Shown here: positions 21,534 through 32,029 of the stretch, in pieces | Numbering within the stretch: position 1 is the first letter of the stretch | Layout of the letters: the number at the start of each line of letters is the position of its first letter | Virus record (IMG/VR): IMGVR_UViG_3300030385_002649 | Coordinates: 306,805-370,804 of that record | DNA: 64,000 bases | Direction: 5' to 3' (one strand) | Notes under the pieces: generated by a model | Told to the model about the DNA's origin: nothing | What the model saw: only the letters and a program-made list of their open reading frames with translations | Database searches by the model: none | Program-made: the position numbers and the translations under genes

Positions 21534-21924
21534 TCAACGTCCTTTCAATGATCGTGCTAATACGCGGAATCGGCTCGGCTTTTGCCTTTCTGATTTCGCC
21601 GCCGACGGAATAGTTGTTGCCCCCAGTACTGTTCCAGGTAGTAAATAGCCCGACAGAACCAGTCATTGGTTGGACTGAGGCTATTGAATCAGCCCAAAAA
21701 GAACCACCAGTGCCGCCTTGCAGCCGCACTCCGTTATTACTGAAGGGTGTAAATGTGCCAACTGGAATAACTGGAGTTGTAACGTTATTCACTGGGACTG
21801 GAGAATCATCTCTAATAGATATAGTGACAGTAGAGTCGACTAAAGTGTTTATAACTTCTCGATCTACTTCGCGACTAATTTCATCCGTCGCATTGTTAAT
21901 CGAGGCGAGTATTGGGTTAGTCAT
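21493..21924 (-). CDS. Short protein carrying T4 gp23 (major capsid)-like segments
   Basis: EISREVDREVINTL and IPRISTIIERTLIDCEAKTNKW resemble gp23 conserved segments (comparison from memory). Confidence 0.5.
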   Translation of the reverse strand: MTNPILASINNATDEISREVDREVINTLVDSTVTISIRDDSPVPVNNVTTPVIPVGTFTPFSNNGVRLQGGTGGSFWADSIASVQPMTGSVGLFTTWNSTGGNNYSVGGEIRKAKAEPIPRISTIIERTLIDCEAKTNKWLQI

Positions 21925-22460
21925 TGTTTGTTTATCCTATCTAAAATGAATTCGATTCTATCCTCCACACTCATCAGAGGAACAAAAACAGGCTCGTAGC
22001 CAAAATCCATGTAAGCTAAATTAAGTCTTTCTTGTAGTTCCTTACAATCCTCAATAGTTTCGATCCTACTAGTATCGCTACGAGGATCAAAAGGAGTCAC
22101 TAGGTCTAACAGGAAAACCATGTCGTAAGTTGATTTAGAGCACATGTCAGCAACCAATTTAGGGATTGCTGCGCCATGATGGGCAGCAAACCCATAGCCG
22201 TCATAAGCCCCTCGGTCATAGAAGGTCAAAGCTTTGCTTGTTTGTAGCTCTAGCTCTTGTTGTCGTTGAGAAATGAGCCATTGAAAAGACTCAAAATAAT
22301 GACGTCGCCATTCTAGGTCGCCATTTGGGACTAACGCTTGAATCGCTTCAATGACTTGGATCGCTGCTTCTGGGACAACATTATAGCCTTTTTTGGCCAA
22401 CCCGTCGATTACTGTTGATTTTCCAGAATGAGGAGCGCCGGTAAGAACTATCTTCTTCAT
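21921..22460 (-). CDS. NadR/Ttd14-like AAA (AAA_28) P-loop kinase
   Basis: IVLTGAPHSGKST, YNVVPEAA, TFYDRG, YDMVFLLD. Confidence 0.8.
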   Translation of the reverse strand: MKKIVLTGAPHSGKSTVIDGLAKKGYNVVPEAAIQVIEAIQALVPNGDLEWRRHYFESFQWLISQRQQELELQTSKALTFYDRGAYDGYGFAAHHGAAIPKLVADMCSKSTYDMVFLLDLVTPFDPRSDTSRIETIEDCKELQERLNLAYMDFGYEPVFVPLMSVEDRIEFILDRINKQ

Positions 22461-22830
22461 AAACGTTCAAATACAAGGCGCTCTAGCATTAATTTCATTT
22501 TGGTGTAATATTAGCGCATTCATTAGGACGCAGTGTTTTTTAAACTTTACCAGCCTAATGAAACTAGACAACCATAAACGCTTATGAGTTACCACATCAC
22601 GCCTTGGTCTTTAGTGTCTTGTTCTGTGGTAACTCTAAAGTCATGCTCGTACATGTTTTTGAGCTTTTCTAAATGCTCTGCTACGGTCAGCTTGTTTAAT
22701 TGCCACGAGTACCAAAACCGCCGCCTAGGCAAAATTGCTCCCAGCGACCCAACACTCGTTATCCCAGCTATTATTGATTCTGATCACAGTACTTTTCCAC
22801 ATTCGGACAGTTTTGCTAGAGTCTTCCTCA

Positions 22831-23061
22831 TCAGTCTTGAAAGAGGTTTCGGAGGTCGTCTGCTGCGGCTTTTCTTTGTTGGTCATGCTTAATAAGCCTA
22901 CTCTTCCATGGCTTACCCGTAGATTTGGGGACCTTAGACTGTACGTCTCCCAAGCTCCAAATAGACTTCAACTTCCTAGGTTTCACAACAACTGGCTGGA
23001 TCGTGATATTAAGTTTATACTCTGGTATGGTTGTGTTACGATCCCAATAACTCATACCCAA
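22831..23061 (-). CDS. Short protein resembling a gp23 capsid segment
   Basis: IPEYKLNITIQPVVVKPRKLKSIWSLGDVQ. Confidence 0.5.
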   Translation of the reverse strand: MGMSYWDRNTTIPEYKLNITIQPVVVKPRKLKSIWSLGDVQSKVPKSTGKPWKSRLIKHDQQRKAAADDLRNLFQD

Positions 23062-23450
23062 TGATTGATAGCCTCCACAGCTTTGTCTATTGTGGGATAT
23101 TGATCAGTGAAATACTTAATCCAAGGCCCATCGTTTTCCATCGAGAAAGCGAACACTGGAAGCTTCAACACATAAGAAGCGAAGAAAATCTCCATCGGAG
23201 TTCCAGCCATCGGAACATTTGGCAAATACGCCAAAACCCCGTCAGATTTCCTAACTTCCTCAAGATCAGCTTCTACAATCTCCACTTCATTAATGCCTGT
23301 ATAGGGCCTAAGAGTCGGGTCTAGAACACCAAATCCTAAAGCCGCTAACTTTGTGGTTGCTAATTGACGCCAGTGCAAAACTTGGTCGTCCCATTCTTCT
23401 TCTTTGCCAGAATAACAATGCATTGGGCCAGCTAAGTAGATCATCTTCAT
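23052..23450 (-). CDS. Nucleoside 2-deoxyribosyltransferase / RCL-like protein
   Basis: IYLAGP, ADLEEVRKSDGVLA, GTPMEIFFA. Confidence 0.75.
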   Translation of the reverse strand: MKMIYLAGPMHCYSGKEEEWDDQVLHWRQLATTKLAALGFGVLDPTLRPYTGINEVEIVEADLEEVRKSDGVLAYLPNVPMAGTPMEIFFASYVLKLPVFAFSMENDGPWIKYFTDQYPTIDKAVEAINHWV

Positions 23451-24553
23451 GCATTTAAAATACTAGGATTAACAAATGATAGTTTCTCAAGACCGTCCTT
23501 GTAAACATCTAACACATTGTACTCAGTTTCAAGGACACCCTTACAGATTTCTTGGATTTTTTCGATGCTGTTATCATCAAAGAGAGATACTCTACACAAC
23601 AATGACTCTATATAAGAAGATACAGTGTACTTTGGATCTCTCTTTGGATTGTTAGAATTAAAACTGTGGCCAGGACGCAGAGTAGCAAAAATGAGCATTT
23701 CTTGGTTTTCGCTGAAATAACTAAAGGCGATCTTTTTGCCGCCTTTTTCAACGTTTCCATTGATTACGTGTAGATCCGGCCCATAATTTGGGCTAAAATA
23801 AGTGCTAGGAAACCCAGCTGAACTAAAAATTCCGGCTATTAGTTGTAATTCTGTCATCATCAGGAGCCGACCCCACAATCAATCTATTCTTGATGTTTTT
23901 TAAAAACTCGACGGTTTTCTCGATAGAACCGTCATTATACAAAGAATCCTCAAAAAGCTTCAAAGAATCTAAATACCTAGGGCCGCATTCAGAAACGTTA
24001 GACCAAAATTGATGAAGAACATAAATCTTTAGCGTGCTAGTATGAACCCACAAGTTTAGGTAATGGTCCCATGCGTCATTATACTTGGAAACATAGAACA
24101 TGCTATGGTAGAAATCTCCGGTCTTTTCGCCAACTTGGTCGGCTGACCAGTCGTCCCCTGTTACTGCGTGAAAAGAATCATCTTCGCTAATTGAATAACC
24201 GGAATCGGTGATCATATCCCGAATTAAGTCTAGAACAAATTCACCTTCTCTACTCATTCATTCAATAGTGGGCTTTCCAGCCCTTCCACCTTCATTATCA
24301 TTTTTTCCAGCAACTTCAATTGGACGCGTGCAAGATCGAAACAATCATCGTTGTGGAGGTCAATTATGAGTTCTTCTCCAACCGGCACGGATATTTTCGT
24401 GCCCACCAAATTCATGATCAAGCCATAAGGGCCAGCATAAAATGTATAGATCCCATGATAAAGATGAGAACAAGCAACTTTAAACGTCACTTGCTCAGAG
24501 AGCCAATGTGATATTAACCTGGCCGAATTTGGCAATTTTGGGAGACAAGTCAT
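23447..24553 (-). CDS. Three hypothetical genes (23447-23878, 23823-24257, 24254-24553)
   Basis: Overlapping track ORFs. Confidence 0.55.
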
Positions 24554-24642
24554 GCCTTATTTAGCTTCCGGACCACTTATCTAGTACGAAAGAGTATAAG
24601 AACGCAACGGCGAAAATGCAAAGAATGACGATTATGATATTC

Positions 24643-25260
24643 CTATCGGGCGTCATGTTGTAAATCCCTAGTCAACTCAGTATAGAGCCGTTGGTGGCGG
24701 TGAGAAGCCTCGGACCAACTTTTCGGAGGTTCTAAACCTTCGATCGCCTCTTTGATAGCTGTCACCATTTGAATAGCACAAACGTCGAAAGGAACTCTAC
24801 CAACACCAGTTCCCATACCAGGAATCGCAATGCTACTAAAACCCTCTCGCATCGCGATTTGTGTTGCAGCTTTAGTAGCAAGATAGGTGTTGACGCTTCT
24901 ATTTCCCAAGATGGTTGGAATTCTCATAGTCGGAGCAGAAATCACAAAAGGGACCTGAGAATCTCCTGTAGAGAGAACCATGGCTTGACCAACTAGAAGC
25001 TCTCCCATCGTTTTTTCGTCAGCGATTCTTTCCTGAAGTCTTTCCTGAAGTCTCCTACCAAATTTCATGGTGATCAGCGCGTCAAGACCTCCATCCATGA
25101 ACCCGAAGCTGTTAGCTGGGCTGACTAGAGCGTCAACTTCTAAATCGAAAATTGATCCATGGTAAGTTTCTACATCGTGATCCGGGGGAAGCATTCCGTC
25201 GATTACTTTCTCCCATGCTGAAATCAGCCCTTGTTGAACGTCAGTTAATACAACTCTCAT
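24643..25260 (-). CDS. Macro domain (ADP-ribose binding/hydrolase) protein
   Basis: GSIFD..VDALVSPANSFGFMDGGLD, ISAPTM, IAIPGMGTGVG. Confidence 0.92.
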   Translation of the reverse strand: MRVVLTDVQQGLISAWEKVIDGMLPPDHDVETYHGSIFDLEVDALVSPANSFGFMDGGLDALITMKFGRRLQERLQERIADEKTMGELLVGQAMVLSTGDSQVPFVISAPTMRIPTILGNRSVNTYLATKAATQIAMREGFSSIAIPGMGTGVGRVPFDVCAIQMVTAIKEAIEGLEPPKSWSEASHRHQRLYTELTRDLQHDAR

Positions 25261-25466
25261 ATGGATTTTCCTATATCTGGCAGTTTCTTGTAGTCAGTGC
25301 AATAAAAACCATCGCCCTTGAAGATTACGCAGGATCCTTTCCCGATTAGTCTTCTTAATCTTGGTTTTTCGCATTCTGGACAGTCTGTTAGATGGTCTTC
25401 GTTCATTGCTTGGCGAATTTCGAACTCGTGTTTACACTCTTCGCATCTATAATCGTAAGTTGGCAT
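25257..25466 (-). CDS. FmdB family zinc-ribbon protein
   Basis: MPTYDYRCEEC.HEFE..Q.M.E..LT.CPEC...FKG.GFY.TDY. Confidence 0.9.
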   Translation of the reverse strand: MPTYDYRCEECKHEFEIRQAMNEDHLTDCPECEKPRLRRLIGKGSCVIFKGDGFYCTDYKKLPDIGKSI

Positions 25467-26008
25467 TATTTGTTTTCCTCTATGTCGTTTTCGACAGTCT
25501 TTCTGAGGTTCGGTGCTTGGAGTATCAGCTGCATCAGTTTTTCAAAGAAATCTGAAGAAAACGGATCTAAAGGAATGCGTCTCACATAATCCCCGTTTTC
25601 TTCATAAGCAGCCATAGTCATTGTTTTAAAAAAGACAGTGCAATCCGAGCCTCTAATCAACAAAGTCGGAGACACATGAAGGCGTCCGCTATCTGTAAAA
25701 TAATACTCGATCAATTTTTCCAGACTGTAAGGGTCTTCAAAATGACTGATCCTGATTGTGAACCCTTTTTCTTTAAAGGCGAAGTTGATCAAATTAGATA
25801 GTGTTTTCATGACAGTTTCCGTGAGAATGTTTTTAGGTCTACTAGCTGCGTCCGAGTAAATTTTACGGGCTCTAGTGCGCCTAGAAATCCTTCTAGAAAA
25901 CCAAGGTGCGAAATCACTACAGTCGCATCGACATACACGGTCTTTGAGAGGTATATGATACTGACCTTTCTCATGATGCAAATGTCCGCACCGACAAATT
26001 GGGCTCAT
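25466..26008 (-). CDS. CRCGH-WxS module fused to a ~130-aa C-terminal domain
   Basis: MSPICRCGHLHH...CRCDCSDFAPWFSRRI... Confidence 0.7.
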   Translation of the reverse strand: MSPICRCGHLHHEKGQYHIPLKDRVCRCDCSDFAPWFSRRISRRTRARKIYSDAASRPKNILTETVMKTLSNLINFAFKEKGFTIRISHFEDPYSLEKLIEYYFTDSGRLHVSPTLLIRGSDCTVFFKTMTMAAYEENGDYVRRIPLDPFSSDFFEKLMQLILQAPNLRKTVENDIEENK

Positions 26009-26076
26009 TAACACGCGACTGTCGTGGCTCATGTCGGTTTTAGATACCAAGAGTAGCTACATTAAAGAGGCATACA

Positions 26077-26643
26077 ATGGAGTTATTCATCATCGGAATT
26101 ACAGCTGGGGTCTTAACTTTTTCGGCAGCGATTTTTCTCATGCTACGCAAGTTTCGAAAAGAAGAAGATCTAGACCCCATTTCTAGAATAGCAAATAAGC
26201 TAGAAGACGTGCATGTTTTTAGGTGTGACAAAAAATGCGGTGGTTTCTGCGGCCTAGAAGAGAAAAAACTTCCACGGTTCGGCCTAGGAGTCAATCCAAC
26301 CCAAGCATACGAATACGCAGATCCTGTAGAACCGATTATTCTAGAAACGCCTGGCGGTAGGAAAATCCCACGGATTAAGCTAGCTAATGGGAAAATTTGT
26401 CACCGAGCTTTGCGCCACGTTGGACAAGACCGTGATGGCACAATCATAACTGAAACCTTAGTTCCTCTAGACAACACTTCAAAAGCTATCAAGCACGTCT
26501 TGACAGAAAAAGTCGTTGAAGAGGATAGGGAAAAGCGCAACGAGGAGAGGAAGCAAAGAGCAAAGGAAAGGGCTGGTTGGGTTACCAAATTGAGTCACCC
26601 CAAGAAGCCAGAAAAAGCCGACGAGAAACCCCCATCAGCTTAG
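26077..26643 (+). CDS. Membrane-anchored hypothetical protein
   Basis: SD AGAGG; N-terminal TM helix. Confidence 0.7.
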   Translation: MELFIIGITAGVLTFSAAIFLMLRKFRKEEDLDPISRIANKLEDVHVFRCDKKCGGFCGLEEKKLPRFGLGVNPTQAYEYADPVEPIILETPGGRKIPRIKLANGKICHRALRHVGQDRDGTIITETLVPLDNTSKAIKHVLTEKVVEEDREKRNEERKQRAKERAGWVTKLSHPKKPEKADEKPPSA

Positions 26644-27187
26644 CAACTTTTCCGCTAGTTTTATAAATGATCGTGCTGTACCATTCTTCAGCATCTCTGC
26701 AGCAACATCCATCAACAAGGCACGGATCGCAATGATCGATAGGAGCATCCTCGTGCAGGTTTAAATGATGGCCACATCTACAGACCCAATCTACATTAAT
26801 CGGCATGTTTCGTCCAGTAACTTGGTGAGTATTTGGCCGCAATCCATATATTATCGCTAAACCATCTTCTAAAACCAGTGCAAGAGCATTCATCACTAAT
26901 ACAAGATGAAATCGATCCTGACCATGATCGTTTGCTCTTAGATCGGCTAACGATAAGATGATCACCCCGAAAATGTCCACATCTACACTTCAACATCAAC
27001 CCTACCCAAAACGCCGTTTGTCCCACTCCCACCCGTTTTCCCAGATGAGGGTTTCAGAATACCACACTGAGAACTGCTCGCACGGACATCCTTCAATTCT
27101 GCAATAAGCATCGTCGTTGGTATCGATATGGTTCGGAATCTCATGTGAACATCGACAAAGTACTTCCATATCGAGTAAGATACGCAA
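26582..27187 (-). CDS. Three CRC-WxS micro-proteins (26582-26806, 26796-26996, 27002-27187)
   Basis: CRCGHHLNLH..CCCRDAEEWYS; CRCGHFRGDH..CSCTGFRRWFS; CRCSHEIPNH..CPCEQFSVWYS. Confidence 0.75.
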
Positions 27188-27196
27188 ATTTAAAGA

Positions 27197-27719
27197 ATGA
27201 AACTCTCAGAGCTATTCAAAGAAGAAAACTGGGGTTGGGCCGTTAAAGGAGACAAGAAACCTCCTGCTAAACCAAAACCCAAGAAAAAAAAGATGACTCA
27301 AGCCGAAATCGACCAAAGAATAGGAGAAAGACAAGAAGCCTTCTCCAATTCAACATTCCGTGATCGAGACATCGCTGACGAGTTGCTAGAAAAACAAAGA
27401 AAAGCGAACTTAGCCAAAAAGACTAATGCTCGTCGCCGATCTTCGACCTAGTAGCCTCCCACATTTTTTCAGCTTTAGCCAACCTAACCTGAGCGGAAGC
27501 TAAACGACGATTGTTCTTGGAAATCGCGGTTTTCCAACCCCTAACACCACCACCCCTATCCTTATCGGATTCGAGATCTCTAGTGTCAGCGCCCTGTTCC
27601 GCGCTAGTTAGCCCAGCCCGAAGCTTATCCAATTTATTCAACAACGCTGCTACTTCTGCGCGAGCGTTCATAAATTGAGTGCCAAAATCAGATTCGTGTA
27701 AGTGACTAAGCTTCATCAA
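27197..27719. CDS. Two convergent small proteins starting MKLS(E/H)L (27197-27451 plus, 27423-27716 minus)
   Basis: MKLSELFKEE.. and MKLSHLHESD.. Confidence 0.65.
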
Positions 27720-27868
27720 TTTATTTTTTTCTTAACCTCATCCTGATAGTATTGAAGATGGACGTCAAAAGAAATCCAACACTTAAAATGGGTGCAAAAA
27801 CATTTATAACAAGGAAACTTGCTGTCTTGCTCATGGTCTAGAATGTTGTGTCCGCATCTACATTGCAT
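27716..27868 (-). CDS. CRC-WxS micro-protein (50 aa), not in track
   Basis: MQCRCGHNILDHEQDSKFPCYKCFCTHFKCWISFDVH... Confidence 0.75.
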   Translation of the reverse strand: MQCRCGHNILDHEQDSKFPCYKCFCTHFKCWISFDVHLQYYQDEVKKKIN

Positions 27869-28054
27869 ATTTATTATCAACGATTTAAGCACACAATGAA
27901 AAGAGCAATTACTGATACAATTTGTAACACTATAAAAATAACCCTTATGAAGTCGAAACTAAAAACATATTTAGCGTTTCTAGCTAGAAAACTCGTAGGG
28001 TGTAGTTTTTCAGCGTGGAACCATTCTTTGGTAGGAGGCGGCAATGGGAAAATT

Positions 28055-29065
28055 CTAGGCCCTCCAAGCCGATATCAACCAACTACCATCTCCAAGCATT
28101 ATTATTCTCTTGTCGAGGGCTGATATTACCCCACCATGATTTTTAGCTGAGACCTTAAAAGAATGCCAAAGTGAGAAAGAAGAGCACTTACACATCCTCT
28201 CCCGGGCTTCTCCTTCTGTTTTGGCCTCGTCCCAACCCGGGAGCACATGATAACATCTTTCGCTATTTTCTAAGACCCCGGCATGCGACCGCATGGTATG
28301 TCCACACCGGCACCTTGGGATTCCACGCATATCAGAGACTGCCATCGTTAATCCTTTTTACAGCTACCCAATTCTGGCGTGATGGATCAGGTGGAGACTG
28401 AGATCGACGCGAGGGAGTTGGAGTTCGTTTCCAGTCATTGATTATCACGCGATGAAACCTTACCCTATAGCTAAACCAGCACTTAGACCAGGCATGCTGC
28501 AAGCGATCTAAACGACACCTACACATCTAGATTGTGAGGAATATAAGGAGCACAAACGATACCAGTGCTCAACTTAGAATTGCCTTTGTATCCCATCATC
28601 GCATTAGGGTGCTTAATCTGATAGCTAAACCAGCACTTAGAGTTTTCAAAACACCTACAGGACGTCTCATTCGTATGATGATGACGCCTACTATAAATGG
28701 GGTCGGAATAAACGGTCCATCTTCTGCTCAGCATGGCACCTACAACTAGAGAAAATCATTAAAAAACCCGTGGATAGTTATGTCTAAGATAGATTGTCTT
28801 ACTATGCCACATCGCAAATCTTACACAATCACAATCCGCACATTCATGGTTTGGGAAATCAAGTTCATGTGAGAGCCAATCAGTGTGACCGCAACGACAA
28901 ATTTGGTTTCCGCCTATCGGACCTGACATTATTCAACCTTCTGAATATTCTAATTATATTGCTAAACCATCTATTGTAAGCAACACAACCACAACCCACG
29001 CACGCTACCCATTTAGTGTTGCCAGGATTGGTGTGAGATCTTACATCGTGTCCACATCTACACAT
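28055..29065 (-). CDS. Five CRC-WxS units (28055-28330, 28332-28526, split unit 28519-28759, 28759-28929, 28880-29065)
   Basis: For example 28759-28929 MSGPIGGNQICRCGHTDWLSHELDFPNHECADCDCVRFAMWHSKTI (manual). Confidence 0.7.
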
Positions 29066-29477
29066 AAGACCCGAAAGCATAGCTGCGAGCATCAGGAAAA
29101 AAAGACGGATCTTCATGCCACTCTTTGCCATCATAATAGCTCTTTAATTGCTCAGTAGCCCACCCCAAAGCGGCAGGAGTAAAGTTTACTCCAGCAAAAG
29201 ACGCTAGTTCTAAACCGCACCGCCAAGCCTCGGCCTCGAAGAAACAACCATAGGGTTGCTCCGGATAAGAACGCCTAGGATCTAAACAATGACCAAGTTC
29301 ATGATAAAAAGAAATCAATCCTAACTCATCATCCTCATAGACTCCAAGACCAACCCAATCGTCTCCAGCAGAACAAGCAGAGTTTTTGTTAAATTGAGTG
29401 TCCTCAAGCATGTCTACCGACACCCCATGAAGATAAGCTATATAAGCGATATCGTCATACATAAAATTAATCGCCAT
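29058..29477 (-). CDS. HExxH metallopeptidase-like protein (ImmA/IrrE-like)
   Basis: ISFYHELGHC..FFEAEAW. Confidence 0.6.
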   Translation of the reverse strand: MAINFMYDDIAYIAYLHGVSVDMLEDTQFNKNSACSAGDDWVGLGVYEDDELGLISFYHELGHCLDPRRSYPEQPYGCFFEAEAWRCGLELASFAGVNFTPAALGWATEQLKSYYDGKEWHEDPSFFPDARSYAFGSYV

Positions 29478-29771
29478 TCACTTCCTTGTTAAAGAGAATT
29501 TCATAACTATACCACGGAAAAAACCTCTCGCAATCGCACCTCTTACACACTGGGTCTCGCCAACTATAATGATTCCGAGAAGAATGGCCACACCGACAAG
29601 GTAAACTAAGTAATTGCATATCTTCGACAGATCCTAATTGCAGTATGACCGTTCAAGTGATAGACAGATCCTACTAGAAAACCAAGTGTTAAATTGACAC
29701 GAGACTTTGTTGTCACCACGGAACCAAGCTGAAGAGTGAGACATCCACGTCCTGCCGCACCGACAAGTCAT
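29467..29771 (-). CDS. Two CRC-WxS micro-proteins (29467-29619, 29634-29771), not in track
   Basis: MQLLSLPCRCGHSSRNH..CKRCDCERFFPWYSYEI; MTCRCGRTWMSH..CQFNTWFSSRI. Confidence 0.7.
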
Positions 29772-30679
29772 AAAACCTTTAAGCACTCTGCCAAAGTATT
29801 ATGATGGATGTCCAGCACTTTCTGAAGAGGCTCTTGATATCCACCAGCTAGATTCCAAGCAATAGGAATGTCCATTCCCCTCAAGGTTTCAAACACAACC
29901 CGATCACGCTCAATTAATTGCTCAGTCGTCAAGGCACCGAATACCCCCAACATTTCATGACAAGGATCATCACAATGAGGATCAGCGCCAGCTTGAAAGA
30001 GAACAATATCACATCCAGCAAAATCAGAGAGAATCTCAGGAAGAGATAATACCCAGCGTGCACCAGAACCCTTCTTCCAAGAAAAGCTCTGACGTCCACC
30101 CCACATGCCGTCGTGGTAATTAAATCTAATATCACCACCGACAGTATAATGATGAATACGGTTGTCATCAAGCTCTTCCTTTTTTACTAACCACTCAATT
30201 ATCGTATCAGTACCATTACCATAATGATGATCAAGATCAAGGATCCCAACCTTATCGACGGTCTTCAACAACTCAACAGCGGTCACCATCAAGCCATTGA
30301 AAGTACAAAACCCCATCGACCTATCATGGGTCGCATGATGAAAACCACTAGTCGGGCTCATCGCAATAGTCTTATTCTCAAGAGCATATTTAGCAGCAGC
30401 TAAGAAACTCCCACTAGTCCAAGGAAGAGTCTCAGCAATACTCCTCAACTTGTTTCCAAAGCCGTTATTCTTTAGACAATCTAAAATGCCCTCAACGTGT
30501 CGCTTCTCATGAACCGCACAAAACTGCTCTACAGTTACGGGGTCGAAATCGCTAACAACTTCAATGGATTGTTTCTGCTCTAACCATTGCTCAACTAGAA
30601 CTTTTGGCTTTTTAGCACTAGGAGAGAAACTCGTCTCTGCTGTGGTGGCTTGGTTTTCGTTATAGAAGACTTTTAACAT
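29768..30679 (-). CDS. Histone deacetylase family (Zn-dependent amidohydrolase) protein
   Basis: SGFHHA, GFCTFNG, ILDLDHHYGNGT, QAGADPH..D, LAGGY. Confidence 0.93.
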   Translation of the reverse strand: MLKVFYNENQATTAETSFSPSAKKPKVLVEQWLEQKQSIEVVSDFDPVTVEQFCAVHEKRHVEGILDCLKNNGFGNKLRSIAETLPWTSGSFLAAAKYALENKTIAMSPTSGFHHATHDRSMGFCTFNGLMVTAVELLKTVDKVGILDLDHHYGNGTDTIIEWLVKKEELDDNRIHHYTVGGDIRFNYHDGMWGGRQSFSWKKGSGARWVLSLPEILSDFAGCDIVLFQAGADPHCDDPCHEMLGVFGALTTEQLIERDRVVFETLRGMDIPIAWNLAGGYQEPLQKVLDIHHNTLAECLKVL

Positions 30680-31142
30680 GTGAGTTGCCTTGCATTCTGT
30701 GGGCTAGTTGTGTATAATTTTCTGGATAGTCATAAGTTTTGACGTATTTGGCTACTAAATTGAGCCGAACACTATACCACAGGTTGAACCAATTGCCATC
30801 GGTCCCTCTCAGTTTGTCGCTGCCATCCATCATTGCGATTACCTGTTTTCTTTTGCCATTCTAGATCCTCTACGCCCGGCCGCCCTTAGCGCCGCACGCC
30901 TTTTAGAAAACAGCTGCAAACTGACCCAACAATAATTGGGCCAAGCAAGAGGATGAGGATGATAAGATGTCCTATCGGGATAGACGTGGCAGATGGCTGC
31001 AATTCTTCTATCCAATGTCGTTCATACGTTATTGAGCATCTGCATTTACATAGCTTCAATGAGTTTGCCCATCACATAAGCAAAAGCAGCGACTGCGGCA
31101 ATGGTTATAATAGCTTCTGGCCAACCCATAACAACTCTCCTG

Positions 31143-31652
31143 TTAAGCGTCAGATACGCCCGAGCGAACCCTTATTCTTTTTAAACTAAGGTCCATGTAC
31201 AACCGACAACTATACCACCTCTTAAAAACCTCACAATGAAACATTTCACACGGAAGAGGAGCATCAATACTAATAATATGACGATGACGGCTTAGGCTGT
31301 GATCGCACCTACAATCATTAAGATGATTTCTAAATATTAGCACTTAGAAATCCGAAAGTTCAGCCTAATAGCGTCGCTGAGCCAAGGTTTAAATTCGAAA
31401 CAAGAGCACATTCCTACTTTGCAATTCTCATTTCTAGAGAAATAAGAGTGTTCCTTATGAGAAGACCAAAACCCATGGCCACACCTACATATTTCAGATA
31501 AGAACATTTTCCGGTAGCCTCTTTAACGTTTTCAACACCCTCGACCTATTATACCAAATTATACCAGAACGCCACGGCCTAGATATGTGGGACATAAGCC
31601 CATGCCCATGTTCTTCCCATTTCAAGCCACATTTACAACGTGGGAAGTTCAT
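31143..31652 (-). CDS. Three CRC-WxS micro-proteins (31143-31343, 31337-31507, 31494-31652)
   Basis: CRCDH..WYS; MFLSEICRCGHGFWSSH..CKVGMCSCFEFKPWLS; MNFPRCKCG..WYN. Confidence 0.7.
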
Positions 31653-32029
31653 TCTGGTAGAGGGTCGAATTTAGGAATAATGCTGAGAATGTGCCCGTCG
31701 AAGTCAACAATATCGTCATCGAAACTACTAAGGATCTGAGCATGACGCTCCTCGGTTGACTTCTGAGAGTTTTTCACGATGAGGATCTCTAAACTATACC
31801 AAAATTCGTCGTCAGATCTGAAGAACTTCCTCTTCATAGCATCAAACGGCTCAATCATTTAATTGGAGCCTTGACATAAATCAAAAAACTATACCAACAA
31901 ATGTTGTTAGACTTGACGACAGTATCAGAAACGCGCATTTTAATCCTTCATAATCATTATCAACATTGCAGAATAACTAACGACAAACACGAAACAAATG
32001 AGCCCAAAAATTGTCACTTCACTCCTGGC

